Below, one piece after another: positions 1 to 17,085 of a DNA stretch of 64,000 nt. The notes under the pieces were generated by a model, which saw only the letters and a list, made by a program, of their open reading frames with translations, had not been told where the DNA came from and did not search any database. Source of the DNA: the human T2T-CHM13v2.0 reference genome, Homo sapiens; NCBI RefSeq assembly GCF_009914755.1, contig NC_060930.1; one strand, written 5' to 3'. How positions within the stretch are numbered: position 1 is the stretch's first letter; the number at the start of each line of letters is the position of its first letter. A program made the translations under genes and the position numbers.

Positions 1-42
1 AGAGCATGAGTGCTAGAATATGCCTCAGGCATAGTCCATTTT

Positions 43-372
43 CTTTCTCTTTCTTTTTTATTTTTTTGTTTGAGACGGAGTCTCGCTCTGTCACCCAGGC
101 TGGAGTGCAGTGGCATGATCTTGGCTTACTGCAAGCTCCGCCTCCCGGGTTCATGCCATTCTCCTACCTCAGCCTCCCGGTAGCTGGGACTACAGGTGCC
201 TGCCACCACGCCTGGCTAATTTTTTTTTATTTATTTATTTATTTTTTTGTATTTTTAGTAGACACGGGTTTTACAGTGTTAGCCAGGATGGTCTCAATCT
301 CCTGACCTTGTGATCCGCCCGCCTCGGCCTCTCAAAGTGGTGGGATTACGGGCGTGAGCCACCGCGCGTGGC
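43..372 (-). mobile_element. AluY SINE
   Basis: Reverse-complement Alu dimer with T-rich tail; TSD aggcatagtccattttct at ~27 and ~374. Confidence 0.95.
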
Positions 373-407
373 CAGGCATAGTCCATTTTCTATTATTGCT
401 TTTTCCC

Positions 408-740
408 CGTGGTAGGTAAAATGCCAAGGTGTGGCCCAGGATTCCTACCTGCTGGTATCTACGCCCTGTAAAGGAAGGGTCTCCTTGAGTGTGAGTGTGA
501 CTTGTGAAGATGATGGGTGTGAAGACATGGGATGGCGTGACTCCCATGATTACATTACATCGCATAAGACTCTGTCAAAGCTCACTGGAAAGAAGCTCTC
601 CCACTGGCTTTGCAGAAGCAAGCCATTTTGTGAGAGCCATGAGACCGGGACTCTAGAGCAGCCACTAAGTCCTGCTCTAGAATTCTGTAGCCATGAAACA
701 ACTTGTCCTAAGTTGTTTCATGGATACAGAAAATGAATAC
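408..740 (+). mobile_element. MLT1-family (ERVL-MaLR) LTR remnant
   Basis: MLT1-like start and motifs (ctccttgagtgtg, gactcccatgattacatta) and end (gaaaatgaataca). Confidence 0.55.
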
Positions 741-1549
741 ACCCCCTATTTTCTCTAGTCTACACTCTTAGATTTATTATAAGTGTTACTAGAAATTCTG
801 TTTTTGTGCTCCTTAACTTCATATATTTCCCATTAAATTTTTCTCCCTCTGTATTGTGCCCTGGGCTTTCTTCAGCTTTATCTTTAATTTCACAAATTCT
901 CTCTTCAGCTGGCTGTACTGATCAGTCTCTGCTTTGATAATTCAGTGTAACGAACCCCGGCAGTGACTTAATAGCCGATCCCGATTTCTTGCTCACATTG
1001 CACGTCAGTGGCTGCAGGTGGAGAGCAGTGTCTCTGCTCCAAGGTCATGTAAAGTAGACCTTGTGTACCTTCTCACTCTGAGACCCAGGCTGAAGGAAGA
1101 GAGCAGCTCCTCTCTGGGATGTGAGGTTCTCATGGTGGGCAGTAGGGCTGACTGAGCCTTGAAATGCTTCCTAAATCCTCTGCTTACGACTGGCTGCATT
1201 GTCATTTAGGCCATTGGTCAAAACAAGTCAGTGGTCCAGCCCAACATCAATGAGATGCAGAACTAGATTCCTCCCCAGGGGAAGAAGCAAGGAGTATTTT
1301 TGAATAACAATACAATCCGTTATAATGGCCCACTTTAGTTTTTTTTTTTTTCCATTAATTATATTTTTAATAGATCTCTATTGGTTCTTTTTGAATCTCC
1401 TTTTATTTCATAATGTCCTTTTCTTGACTTACGTGTTCTATTCCATCCATTAACTTTTCAAACATTTTAAAACCATTAACATTAACATTCTTAGTGCTTT
1501 ATCCTTTGTACTTTCAATGGAGTCAATTATCTTTTTTGTTTCATCTCTC

Positions 1550-2185
1550 CTGTTTTTTGTTTGTTTGTTTGTTTGAGATGGAGTTTCGCTCATTTTGTCC
1601 AGGCTGGAGTGCAGAGGCGCGATCTCGGCTCACTGCAACATCTGCCTCTCGGTTCAAGCAAATCTCCTGCCTCAGTCTTCCAAGTAGCTAGGATTACAGG
1701 CATGCACCACCATGCCCGGCTAATTTAGTATTTTTAGTAGAGATGGGGTTTCACCATGTTGATCAGGCTGCTCTCAAACTCCTGACTTCAGGTGATCCTT
1801 GATCTCCCAAAATGCTGGGATTACAGGTATGAGCCACCATGACTGGCCTAACTCTTTTTTTTTTTTTTTTTTTTTTTGAGACAGACTCTTCCTCTGTCAC
1901 CCAGGCTGGAGTGTAGTGATGTGATCATGGCTCACTGCAGCCTCAACCTCCCAGTCTCAAGCAATCCTCCCACATCAATCCTCTCACCCAGCTCTCAGTG
2001 TAGCTGGGACTACAGATGTGTGCCACCATGCTGGGCTGATTTTTAATTTTTTTTTTTTTTTTTTTTTGTAGAGATGAAGTCTCATTATATTGCCTATGCT
2101 TGTCTTGAACTCCTGGCCATAAGCGATCCTTTTGCCTCAGCCCCTCAAAGTACTGGAATTACAGGCATGAGCCACTGCACCCAAC
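1550..2185 (-). mobile_element. Tandem AluS (1550-1848) + AluJ (1853-2185)
   Basis: Two consecutive reverse-complement Alu bodies with T tails. Confidence 0.9.
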
Positions 2186-2580
2186 TTCTGTCTTATTGCT
2201 AATTCCCTCTTTCTCAGGGTGGTTCATTGGCTCATGAGCCTTATCATTTTTGACTCTAACTTCATCAACAGGTTCCACATGTTCTGTGGTGCAGTGGTGT
2301 TCCTGTGAAGCAGTTTTATATTTCATTTGTCAAGTCCTGCGTATTTTCTTAGTTTTGGACCTGGTTTCCAATCCTGTGTAGTTAAGGTGCACTTGAATTC
2401 CTTTCATCTACCTTGAACAGGCTTAAATCTCTAATTTCTCGTGAGTGATTCTTTTTCCATGCATAGTCCACAGCAAGTGGCAAGCTTTTGTACTGCTTCC
2501 CTCTTGAGAGGAAGGTGGTATTCTTTTTTTTATTCGTTCCTCCCTTCTGACTTTATATATTAAAATAAGAAAAAAATAAA

Positions 2581-2800
2581 ATATATGTATATGTATATAT
2601 ACACACATATACATAGACACACACACATTATATATATATATGTATACATGTATATATATTCTTTATAATTTACATTTTTTTAGACATGGGGGTCTTGCTG
2701 TGTTGCCCAGGCTGGTCTCAAATTCTTGGCCTCAAGAGATCCTCCTGTCTCATCCTCCCAAAGTGCTGAGATTACAGGTGCCAGCCACCATGCCCAGTCT
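2581..2800 (-). mobile_element. (TA/CA)n low-complexity tract followed by Alu left monomer (FLAM-like, ~2675-2800)
   Basis: Dinucleotide tract, then a single Alu arm. Confidence 0.75.
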
Positions 2801-2996
2801 ATTATTTATATAAGGTGTTTAATTTCAGCTCCATGTGGTAGATAAATGCCACACTGGAAAGTGGGTATCCTATTGTCATATTTGTACTAGGTCTTCAATT
2901 CCTACTCAACATTGTGGGTTTTGAGTTTCTTTTCTGTTTCTGAGGGATTGCCCTTTCTAGCTTTCTGCCCAGCTATGCGTTTAAAAATATTTTGTT

Positions 2997-3608
<612 letters not shown>

Positions 3609-3808
3609 TTATTCAGAGCTTATGTGTGTTAACATAGAAGGGTGTGGGATGGGGTGGGCTTCCCAAATTAGCTCAGCATGCCTTATTGCCTAGAAGTCCT
3701 TAAATTCATTTTGTGACCTTTCCCCACAAAATCCTATTTGAATTTTTATTGGAATTACACTGAATCTATACAGTTATTTGGAGAGAATTTACGTATTTAA
3801 AATAGTGA

Positions 3809-4105
<297 letters not shown>

Positions 4106-4500
4106 ATATTGAATTCTCTCATCTATGAATGTGTGTATATCTTACCATTTATTTAAGATTTCTTTTTTCTGTCCTACTGAAATCATGCATTCAAAAGATA
4201 GATACTGTGTACTTATTATTAAATTTAGATCTAGGTTTTATATTTTATTCTTGGCTTATTATTGTGTAATTTCTGGCTTGCTGAATAACCATGAGCAAAT
4301 TATCTAATCATTATAGTTTTAATTTGGTTGAACTGTTAAATTACTATTATTCAACTCAAGTGTTTAGTAAGTACAAAGCAATGAACTTACTGGATAATTA
4401 AGTTGTTTAACATTTTCATTTGTAAGTTTAATATCAAGATATTACAGTTCAGAAAGATAAAATATACATTTATCAAAATTACTCAAGATGCACATAACTA

Positions 4501-4930
<430 letters not shown>

Positions 4931-5339
4931 AAGGAAATTGTGGAACTTTGAGCAGACTTAGGACTGTTGGTAGACAGGGGTGTTCAGTTTTAGGCAACAG
5001 ACATTAAGTGAGCTGGGTGATCTTCATTCTTAGGGTGTGGTTAAGAGTCAAAGACACAACAGAAACATTAAGTTTCCAAAGAGGCCTTGTAGAGGTGTCA
5101 GTGAAAACTCTCTGCCAAAGCCCATCCCCGTTTCTAAACATGAAATCTGTGAAATACCATGCAGATCCAACATTAAAGCCTTCTCAACAGTTGTACCAGA
5201 AGATGGCAACCACTGTGGTTCTTCTTTCACTACAGTGCCACTATGTAATCAATACATTATTATTGCTTACAGAGCCTTATTGATTTAACTCTATAGTGCT
5301 CTTTTCTCATTGGCTCCATTTATTAATATAGACACTTAG

Positions 5340-5718
<379 letters not shown>

Positions 5719-6222
5719 AACATTTTCAAAATACACATGACACCTTCTGAATTAGCAGGTCTGGAGTGCGGGTGGGTATGTGTGTTTGGAAGAGTTTCCT
5801 AGGTAATCTGACAAAGTGTTCTGGTTAGGAATTATTTCTCTAGTCTAACCCCTTAATTGTGTAGAGGAGAGACTTTACTTGGAAGAAAAATGCTTCTAAT
5901 TTAAGATTGCCTTCGTTAACATAGGCAGTTAGAAAATTTAGGCCTTAATGATTCAATTTCTCCAGTTCTTTCTGAGCTCCTATTTCACCACCATCAAGCT
6001 GTAATTTTGTTTCTGACTTAAGGACTTGGGGTTTAGGTAGACCTCTATTTTCAAAACAAATCTCTTTATCTCTATAATGTGATGAATGAACAATGCTCTG
6101 CAGTTTTGGGTTTAGGAATCGTGATAAGCTCTTTAATTATAATAATTCAAGTTAGTTGTAAACAGGTGCAGCAGGGAGACAGCCGACAGACCCACTGGGC
6201 CCAATGCTGGAAACCATTCTGA

Positions 6223-6571
<349 letters not shown>

Positions 6572-6984
6572 AGGAAATAATTTTTCTAGATCGACGAAGT
6601 TTATTTTACATTAATGTATATCTGAAGTAGTGAATGGCGTGTTCAATTTATGACCTGGCATCATCTCCCACCCTGGACACATTTAATGACTTTTCAAGTC
6701 AGATTTTGGAAATATGGTTAACCAGACTTGGGATTTCTGCAAATATAAGTTTGCTTTTTCAGAAGGGTAAAGTAGGCTTCTGTAGACAATTGAAAAGCAA
6801 GAATGTCTGTCCTTTCCTCACATTGAATATTAGGAAGAAACCCCACAGAGAATCTTAGCATTCGTGGAAAAGAAAAGAGTTAACTTTAATCTTAGTTCGG
6901 ACCATTCACTTTAGTTTATTAGTAGCTAACCAGGCTCTTTTTCACATTGGGCCCCACATTCAGCTTCCTTAACTACACTGATTG

Positions 6985-7252
6985 AGACAGGACCACCCAG
7001 GTTGAAGTGCAGTGGTTCACTCATAGCTCATTGCAGCTTTGAACTCCTGGGGTTAAGTGATCTCGCCTCAGCCTCCTGAGTAGCTGTCACTACAGGTACG
7101 CACCACCCATGCCTAGCTATTTTTTTATTTTTTGTAGAGATTGGGTCTTGCTATATTGGTCAGCTGGTCTAAAACTTGTGGCCTTAAGTGATCCTCCTAC
7201 ATCAGCCTCCCAAACTGCTAGAATTACAGGAATGACCCACCATGCCCGGCCC
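6985..7252 (-). mobile_element. AluJ
   Basis: Diverged reverse Alu. Confidence 0.8.
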
Positions 7253-7833
7253 AGATCAAGATGTTTACTAACATAGGATCTAAATAGAGTGTCTTGGCTT
7301 TAAGTGACTAGCTTCACAATCTACCTTTTGTTAGAACGGATTAGGGAGTCATGTATCTAATTTCATATTTTCCTTTATCAGACAGGAGCTTATACTATTA
7401 TCTTTCCATATTATATAAAACCAAGTGTTTCTTTTTCTTTCAAGATCAGCCTAGTGATCAGGAATAAATAAGAGTGCCCATATCTCATCAACTGGTTGGA
7501 CAGGATGACTTTAGTTCACATTAAGAGTATGGGCCGATTCCTATAAGGAAAAAGTATAATGCTACATTATTGCTTTGTAGAATTTAGAATTCCCTCAACC
7601 CTATAAGAAAAGGGACAAATACAAGTATAGAGAAATAAATAACAAAAAGATTGTGTATCAAAACATAGTAAAGCACAGTCAGGTCTAGAATGAACAGAAA
7701 ACTTTTGCTTTGGTGAGAAAAGCTGCTCCTAGATGTTGGTGTAAGATTCTTTGGTGCAAGCCAAACAACATACTATAATTCCTTGAACAAAGTGAGATTT
7801 TCTGCTTCTGTGACTATTAAGAAAGCACAATAA

Positions 7834-8487
<654 letters not shown>

Positions 8488-8584
8488 TAGTTGTTGCATT
8501 TTTAAGAGAAAATATTTTGACTTTAGTATTGCTAACGCGGTAAAGAGTCCTGAACGCTCTCATAAATTCATGTAAATTAGGATT

Positions 8585-8730
8585 GTAGGTCTTATAAGGC
8601 CAGATAGGACCTCAAAAATCATCTAGTCTCACCCATTCCATATTTTACAAATGAGGAAACTGATGTGACCTGCCAAGGTCATCACTTAGCTGGTGGTGGA
8701 ACAAAGGGTATTGCAGGAGGTTCTTGATTC
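8585..8730 (-). mobile_element. MIR SINE remnant
   Basis: MIR core attttacaaatgaggaaactga. Confidence 0.55.
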
Positions 8731-8899
8731 TTAGTGACATTCTCTTTAACTTCTTTTGGCTTATGATTTAAAAATTAAGTACTTCATAAAGTGTTGTGTA
8801 TTCAATCAGAGGGGGTCAATATTCAGTTTTTTATGTTTCAGAAATAGAGGGTATGGTAGCTACGCTGTTCTCCGAATATGTTCTGGCTTTCTGTCTTCT

Positions 8900-9138
8900 T
8901 GTTTTTTGAGGGTCGAGGTCTCACTCTGTTGCCCAGGCTGGAGTGCGGTGGAGCAATCATAGCTCACTGCAGCCTTGAACTCGGGCTCAAGCCATGCCTG
9001 GCTAATTTTTAAATTTTTGTAGAGACAGGGGTCTTGCTGTGTTGCCTGGGCTAATCTCAAAGTCCTGGCCTCAAGCAATCTTCCTGCCTCGGCCTCCCAA
9101 AGAGCTGTGATTACAGGCGTGAGCCCCTACACCCAGCC
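8900..9138 (-). mobile_element. AluJ with internal deletion
   Basis: Reverse Alu lacking part of the right arm. Confidence 0.8.
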
Positions 9139-9239
9139 ACTGCTTTCTAGTATTGCATTTAGTGACCCCATGTGGTTGGATGGGATGTTGTGATCAGTTT
9201 GACCAATGATTTGCAAGCAGAATTGTATGTCACCTCTAA

Positions 9240-9357
9240 TTTTTTTTTTTATTTTTTAAATTGACAAATAAAAATTATATGTAGTTATGGTGTACAACAT
9301 GACATTTTGATATATGTATATATTGTGGGATGGCTAAATCAAGGTAATTAATGTATA
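9240..9357 (-). mobile_element. L1MA-type 3' end fragment
   Basis: aattgacaaataaaaattatatg...ggctaaatcaag matches the reverse of the L1MA 3' UTR end. Confidence 0.65.
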
Positions 9358-10191
9358 CTGAGGAGGGGTTCTTAATCCATGAAGCTTTCTGGGGATCTGT
9401 CTCTGAGTGTTTACTTGCAGCAGCATCCCTGTTGAGCCAGGACGGACATTTGGCATGAATGAGAAAGCCCTTTTTGTTTTAAGTCACTGGGATTTTGGGG
9501 TTATTTGTAACCTCAGATTACAAACCTGTAAAGAGTGTTTTCTTAAAAGGAAGCCAATGCTTCTAATTTAGGCTGTGGCATTAGAGGGAAATGAATTTAG
9601 GCAACACATCTGGCAATTTAGGGCAAAAAAAGTGATAATGAAAATTTTTTGGTTATTGAGGGTTTTTTTTTTTTTGAGGAGGGAATGTTTCTGTGCTATT
9701 ATCTTTATTCTCCACTTCAGTTTTTTTTTTTAAATCTCCTGTGGTAGTAAACTATGCATGGAATTACTGTCAAAATCAATCTCAAAATTAAAATTACAAC
9801 CAGGATTCAGTAAATTAAACTAAGAGTCGAGGAATCTGGGTCCTGGTTTTCATTTTGCCACTGCATGACCTTCAATCTATCTGGGTCTCAGGACACTCTC
9901 TTATCTATAAATAGGTGTTGAAACAAATCATCTTGAATATCTTTCTAGCTCTGTTAATCTGTAATTCCAGGAAATCAAAGTAACATGCTGCTAGCTATTT
10001 TAGGTTAGGGATCTTAAACACAATTTTAAAATATAAGAACTAGGCCTAAAGGTATCTTGGTATAACAATTTAAAGAGTAATGAATACTCGGATTCATCTG
10101 AAACTTGAACTGCCCTGAAACATGATATTTCGTACTTTCATGGTCCTATTTCTTCAGTGAGTACTAGCCATGATTTTTAAAATGTACTTTT

Positions 10192-10482
10192 ACTGGGCAC
10201 GGTGGCTTACACCTGTAATCCCAGCATTTTGGGAGGCCGAGGCGGGCGGTCATGAGATCAGGAGATCAAGACCATCCTGGCTAACACGGTGAAACCCTGT
10301 TTCTACTAAAAATACAAAAATTCCCCAGGCGTGATGACATGTGCCTGTAGTCCCAGCTACTCAGGAGGCTGAGGCAGGAGAATTGCTTGAACCCGGAGGC
10401 GGAGGTTGCAGTGAGCCGAGATCACGTCACTGCACTGCAGCCTGGATGACAGAGTGAGACTCCATCTCAAAAAAAAAAAAAA
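10192..10482 (+). mobile_element. AluSc/Y-like
   Basis: Full Alu; gtacttt on both flanks. Confidence 0.92.
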
Positions 10483-10741
10483 GTACTTTCCAGGATTTTC
10501 TGATATTTAAATGTATTTTTCTTGTATTTAAGAATGAATTATTTCTTTTTAGTATTCAGAAAATGTTTCCCAAGGATGTCGTGGAACTGTGCCTGTTTTG
10601 TTTAACTTGCTTTTTTAGTCTCACCAACATTTCTTGTAGAGATGTGGATGAGATTTTTCAACTTTATCTAAACTTACCTTACTCTTCCTGAGTTCTAAGA
10701 CTTTGGAAAAATATTGACAGGCTCAACATTAGCCTCTCTCT

Positions 10742-11132
<391 letters not shown>

Positions 11133-11646
11133 TAGAAGGCTCAAGTGACAAAACCATTAGGATCAATTGTCACATGTCCTAATGGTAAAAGTGGTATCAC
11201 TGGTTTCTTGCTCTGGCTTTTTGACTTCTGTCTTCTTAGAACCAAAAGTAAGCTGGCCACAGAGCCACAAAGCCATAGCCCCTGGCCGAAAGGTGCCCAT
11301 CTTAATTATTTTAATTTCATTGTTAACAAATTGGTAAAGGGACTAGATGATCTATGAAAGCCAGTCCAGTTGTTTGATTTTTTGTAAACACTCTTCTGGA
11401 TTGTTCATTTTTTACTTATTAATTTTTTACACTGCAGTTCACTACTAGAGTTAGTGTTGTAGCATCATACTCTTTATCAGAGATATTACATGATGAGGAA
11501 AGTTGCTCATAATGATTGTCATTAATCTTGGTTGTAAAGTATACTTTTCACAGAATCAGAAACTGCCTGAAAATATAAACCTATTCAATTATACTGAGCC
11601 TTGTTTTAAATCAATGGCAAATAAAATGCTCTTTATATAAAATTCA

Positions 11647-11944
11647 ATTTTTTTTTTTTTTTTGAGATGGAGTCTCGCTCTGTCACCCAGGCTGGAGTGC
11701 AGTGGCGCGATCTCGGCTCACTGCAAGCTCCGCCTCCTAGGTTAAAGTGATGCTCCTGCCTCAGCCTCCCGAGTAGCTGGGACTACAGCCGTGTGCCACC
11801 ACGCCCGGCTAATTTTTTGTATTTTTAGTAGAGACGGGGTTTCACTGTGTTAGCCAGGATGGTCTCGATATCCTGACCTCGTGATCCACCCGCCTCGGTC
11901 TCCCAAAGTGCTGGGATTACAGGCATGAGCCACTGTGCCCGGCC
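11647..11944 (-). mobile_element. AluY
   Basis: AluY diagnostics (gcaagctccgcc, gttagccaggatg); TSD tataaaatt(c/t)aattttt. Confidence 0.93.
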
Positions 11945-11956
11945 TATAAAATTTAA

Positions 11957-12690
<734 letters not shown>

Positions 12691-12907
12691 TAAATGCAAA
12701 GGCAGTTTTAATGGTCTTACCCAAAGAAATAAAAACCTAACATGAATACAAACATTACTCAGTCATAGGAATTCTTATTAAAAATCCTATGTACAAAAGC
12801 ACTATTCAGTGCCTTAAAAAGCTGGAAATGGTTATCTTAGAGATATAATCTTATCAACTTAGACTAGTAATCCTCCCTGCTCTTAAATATTGGCTAATAT
12901 ATTCAAA

Positions 12908-13158
12908 TTATTTATTTCCGTAGGTTTTTGGAGAACAGGTGGTATTTGGTTACATGAGTAAGTTCTTTAGTTATGATTTGTGAGATATTGGTGCACCCAT
13001 CACCTGAGCAGTATACAGTGAACCCAATTTGTAGTCTTTTATCCCTCACTCCACCCCCACCCTTTCCCCTGAGTCCCCAGAGTCCATTGTATCATTCTTA
13101 TGCCTTTGCATTTTCCTAGCTCAGCTCCTACTTATGCCTGAGAATGCTCAATCTTTGG
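12908..13158 (-). mobile_element. L1PB (L1PB1-like) 3' end, fused to U6
   Basis: tttccgtaggtttttggagaacaggtggtatttggttacatgagtaagttctttag... matches the reverse of the L1PB 3' UTR. Confidence 0.85.
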
Positions 13159-13263
13159 AAATATGGAATCCTTCACAAATTTGCGTGTCATCCTTGCGCA
13201 GGGGCCATGCTAATCTCCTCTGTATTGTTCCAATTTTAGTATGTGTGCTGCTGAAGCAAGCAT
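13159..13263 (-). pseudogene. Full-length U6 snRNA retropseudogene (RNU6-type)
   Basis: Reverse complement matches U6 end to end with about 9 substitutions, many at CpG. Confidence 0.96.
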
Positions 13264-13871
13264 GCTAGTGTAGTATAGTGCAGTGTTGGAGAAGATGATT
13301 CAGAATCTCCAGATTTCAGTTGACTTTGAAGAATGCACAAACCCCCAAGGCCAAGGTAATGTGCTGGAAGCTTTCTGTGTATTTGCTAACCATGATCTTG
13401 GGGTCTCTGGATAGGTATGAGAGGAATGTGGGGTGAGGTATTTGGCTGACTCATCTATGCCACCACACTCAGACAGCACTCAACTGAGCTAAACCAGAAT
13501 CTGCATGTCACAACTTGGGTGTCTTAATTGCCAAGGAGTGTGAATGGGGTGGAATGCAATAATGGAGGATGCCCTGAAAAATGGTCCGATTTGATGGTAT
13601 GCGAGATATGTGCATTTTGCATGATTATTTTCAGCAGAACACTTGCTACTTTAGACATTTATTTTTAGCCTTCTGAAAGCTAGTAATGTTGTTTGCTTGA
13701 TTTGTTATATTCATTTTTCAGACTATTATTCAGGTTCAGTGAATAATATTAAGAAAATCCTAATAATTATATTATTCTGGGCTTTTAGTTAATAGACCCA
13801 TAAGATTTCTCTTAGCTCAGCAACTACTCACAAAGGGAATCAACTATATTCTTATAGTACTCTACATCTGA

Positions 13872-14216
<345 letters not shown>

Positions 14217-14897
14217 TGGGAGGTTTTACAACATGTTTAAGTAACTGTACCTAGCGCACCCTAAGGGAATGTTGCTAATAATAGGTCTGATGTTTGGGGA
14301 AAAGTGTTTGAGCTCATCAAAATAAAAGCAAATAAAAGAACAAGGAAACAATAATTCTTGTGTAAGTGTTCTGTTAACTTGTCTATGTTGGGCTCAGATG
14401 GGAAAAGCAAGCCACTTCTCCTGGCTGAATGCTGGCTGCCAGCTTGCATCTGCCGCTGCTGCTAAGTGTCAGTTATGCAGAGCCCCTGACCCCTTTCCAT
14501 TTTCAGAACAAGAATAGAACTAATTGTAGCATCAGGATGCAATGCATTCCAAAATATATTTCCTCTGAAGCAGTAATCTCTTCCACATCCTGCAAAGCAA
14601 CTGAGAAGGACATTTTTTTTTTTTTTTTTGTCACTGAGAATATTTTTGACATTGGATTTGAAATTCTAAACCTCAAATGAGCTGGAAAAAATAATTCAAA
14701 GAATCCAATTTGTATATACTTCAAATATTTTAATAATGAATCCATGAGACCATCTACATTCTTTTGCTATGGTGAAATTGTGCTGTGGTAACTTGCACTT
14801 AAAATAAGAAAACCAGTTTTAGAGCGCATTTCCTCATGATGGTAGATGCCATAATGGTGTTGGATCGGCCCAAATCACAAACTTGGTAAAGTTTGCA

Positions 14898-15210
14898 TCT
14901 TTCTCTCTTTCTTTCTTCCTTTCTTCCTTCCTTCCTTCCTCCCTTCCTCCCTCCCTCCCTTCCTTCCTTCCCTCCTTCCTTCCTTCCTCTCTCCTTCTCT
15001 TTCTTCCCTCCCTCCCTCCCTGCTTCTTTCCTTCCTTCCTCTCTCTCTCCTTCTCTCTTTTTTCCTTCCTTCCCTCCCTCCCTCCTTCTTTCCTTCCTTC
15101 CTTCCTCTCTCTCTCTTCCCTTCCTTCCTTCTTTCCTTCCTTCCTTCCTTCCTTCTTCCCTCCCCTCCCCTCCCCTCCCCTCCCCGCACCTCTTTTCTTT
15201 CTCTTTCTTT
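14898..15210. repeat. Polypyrimidine (CCTT/CCCT/CT)n compound repeat; GGAA-rich on the minus strand
   Basis: About 310 bp almost purely C/T, contiguous with the tail of the adjacent AluJ. Confidence 0.95.
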
Positions 15211-15488
15211 CTGATATAGTCTTGCTCTGTCACCTGGGCTGCAATGCAGTGGTGTTGCGATCACGGCTCACTGCAGCCTTGACCCCTTGGGCTCAAGCAA
15301 TCCTTCTGCCTCAGCCTCCCAAGTAGTTGAGACTACAGTTGCATGCCACCACGCTTGGGTAATTTGTTTTTGTAGAGATGGTGTCTCACTATGTTGTCCA
15401 GACTGGTCTTGAATTCCTGGACTTATGCAATCCTTCCAACTTAGTCTCCCAAAGTTCTGGAATTACAGGTGTGAACCACTGCCCCTGG
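15210..15488 (-). mobile_element. AluJ
   Basis: Diverged reverse Alu. Confidence 0.85.
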
Positions 15489-15980
15489 GGCATCTCTTTT
15501 CTTCATTATATTTGTTCTTTAAGTTTCTCTCCTGCTCAGAAACCCTTACCCTCATTCCGATCAACTACCAGTATTGGACAAAGTTCTTCCTTAACCACAT
15601 TAAAAAATCTGATCTCGAAATACCTGTATCCCCATGTTTATGGCAGCACTATTCACAGTAGCCAAGATATGGAATCAACCTAAGTGTCCATCACCAGATG
15701 AATGGATAAATAAAATGTGGTGTATATACACACAATGGAATACTATTCAGCCATAAAAAAGAACAAAATCCTATAATTCATGGCAACATGGATAAGCCTG
15801 GAGGACATTATGAGTGAAATAAGCCAGGCACAGAAAGACAAACACTGCATGTTTTTACTTATATATGGAAGGTTAAAAAGTTGATCTCATAGAAGTAGAG
15901 GGTAGAATAGTCATTAATAGAGGCTGGGAAGGGGAGTGGGGAAGAGGGAGAGCGGTTGGTTAACAGTTATAAAATCATCA

Positions 15981-16122
15981 GGCCAGATGTGGTGGCACAT
16001 GCCTGTAATCCCAGCACTCTGGGGGGCTGAGGCAGGAGGATCACTGAAGCCCAGGAGTTTGAGATCAGCTTGGGCAAGATGGCAAAACCCTGTCTCTATT
16101 AAAAAATAAATAAATAAGTAAA
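15981..16122 (+). mobile_element. Alu left monomer (FLAM-like)
   Basis: Single arm with A-rich tail; the tail continues after MER9. Confidence 0.8.
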
Positions 16123-16643
16123 TGCTGAGACCAGTTCAGTCGTGGAGATCCTAACCCAGTGGCGCTAGAGGAATTAAAGACACACACACACACAGAAATA
16201 TAGAGTATGTTGTGGGAAATCAGGGGTCTTACTGCCTTCAGAGCTGAGATCCTTGAACAGGGATTTACCCACATATTTATTGACAGTAAGCCAGTGATAA
16301 GCATTATTTCTATAGATTGTAGATTAACCAAAAGTATTCCTTACGGGAAACAAAGGGATGGGCCGAAATAAAGGGATGGGTCTGGCTAGCTATCTGCAGC
16401 AGGAACATGTCCTTAAGGCACAGATCCCTCATGCTATTGTTTGTGGTTTAAGAATGCCTTTAAGCGGTTTTCCAGTTTTCCGCCCTGGGTGGGCCAGGTG
16501 TTCTTTGCCCTCATTCTGGTAAACCAACAACCTTCCAGCGTGGGCATCATGGCTATTACGAGCATGTCACAGTGCTGCAGAGATTTTGTTTATGGCCAGT
16601 TTTGGGGCCAGTTTATGGCCAGATTGGGGGCCTGTTCCCAACG
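16123..16643 (-). mobile_element. MER9 solo LTR (HERV-K HML-3)
   Basis: Reverse complement begins (c)gttgggaacaggccccc...tggccataaactggccccaaaactggccataaacaaaatctctgcagcactgtgacatg and ends ggtctcagca; 6-bp flanks agtaaa/agtaag. Confidence 0.9.
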
Positions 16644-16760
16644 AGTAAGTAAAAATAAAAACAAAACAACTGATAGGAGGAATGAGTTCTAGTGTTCTAT
16701 CAGCACTGTAGGATGACTACAGTTAAATTAACTTATTGTATATTTTAAAATGGCTAGAAG

Positions 16761-17085
16761 GGGCTGTGTGCAGTGGCTCACACCTGTAATCTCAACACTT
16801 TGGGTGGCTGAGGCAAGTGGATCACCTGAGGTCAGGAGTTCGAGGCCAGCCTGGTCAACATGGTAAAACCCTGTCTCTACTAAAAATACAAAAAATTAGC
16901 TGGGTGTGGTGGTGGGTGCTTGTAATCCCAGCTACTCCGGAGGCTAAGGCATGAGAATTACTTGAACCCAGGAGACAGGGATTGCAGTGAGCCAAGATCG
17001 CACTACTGCATTCCAGCCTGGGTGACAGAGTGAGACTCCATCTCAAAAAAAGTAAAATAAATAAATAAATAAAATAAAAATAAAA
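16761..17085 (+). mobile_element. AluSx-like inside L1MA
   Basis: Full Alu; gctagaag on both flanks. Confidence 0.9.

Noticed and set aside
13159-13263. Functional U6 snRNA gene
   Set aside because: About 9 substitutions with CpG decay, fusion to L1, and no recognisable TATA/PSE upstream on the minus strand.
14599-14648. Poly(T) run flanked by actgagaa on both sides
   Set aside because: The match is only 8 bp and not directly adjacent to the T-run; insufficient for a retroinsertion call.
14799-15326. Four overlapping ORFs rich in E/G/R/K or F/L/P/S
   Set aside because: Artefacts of the stop-free CCTT/GGAA repeat.
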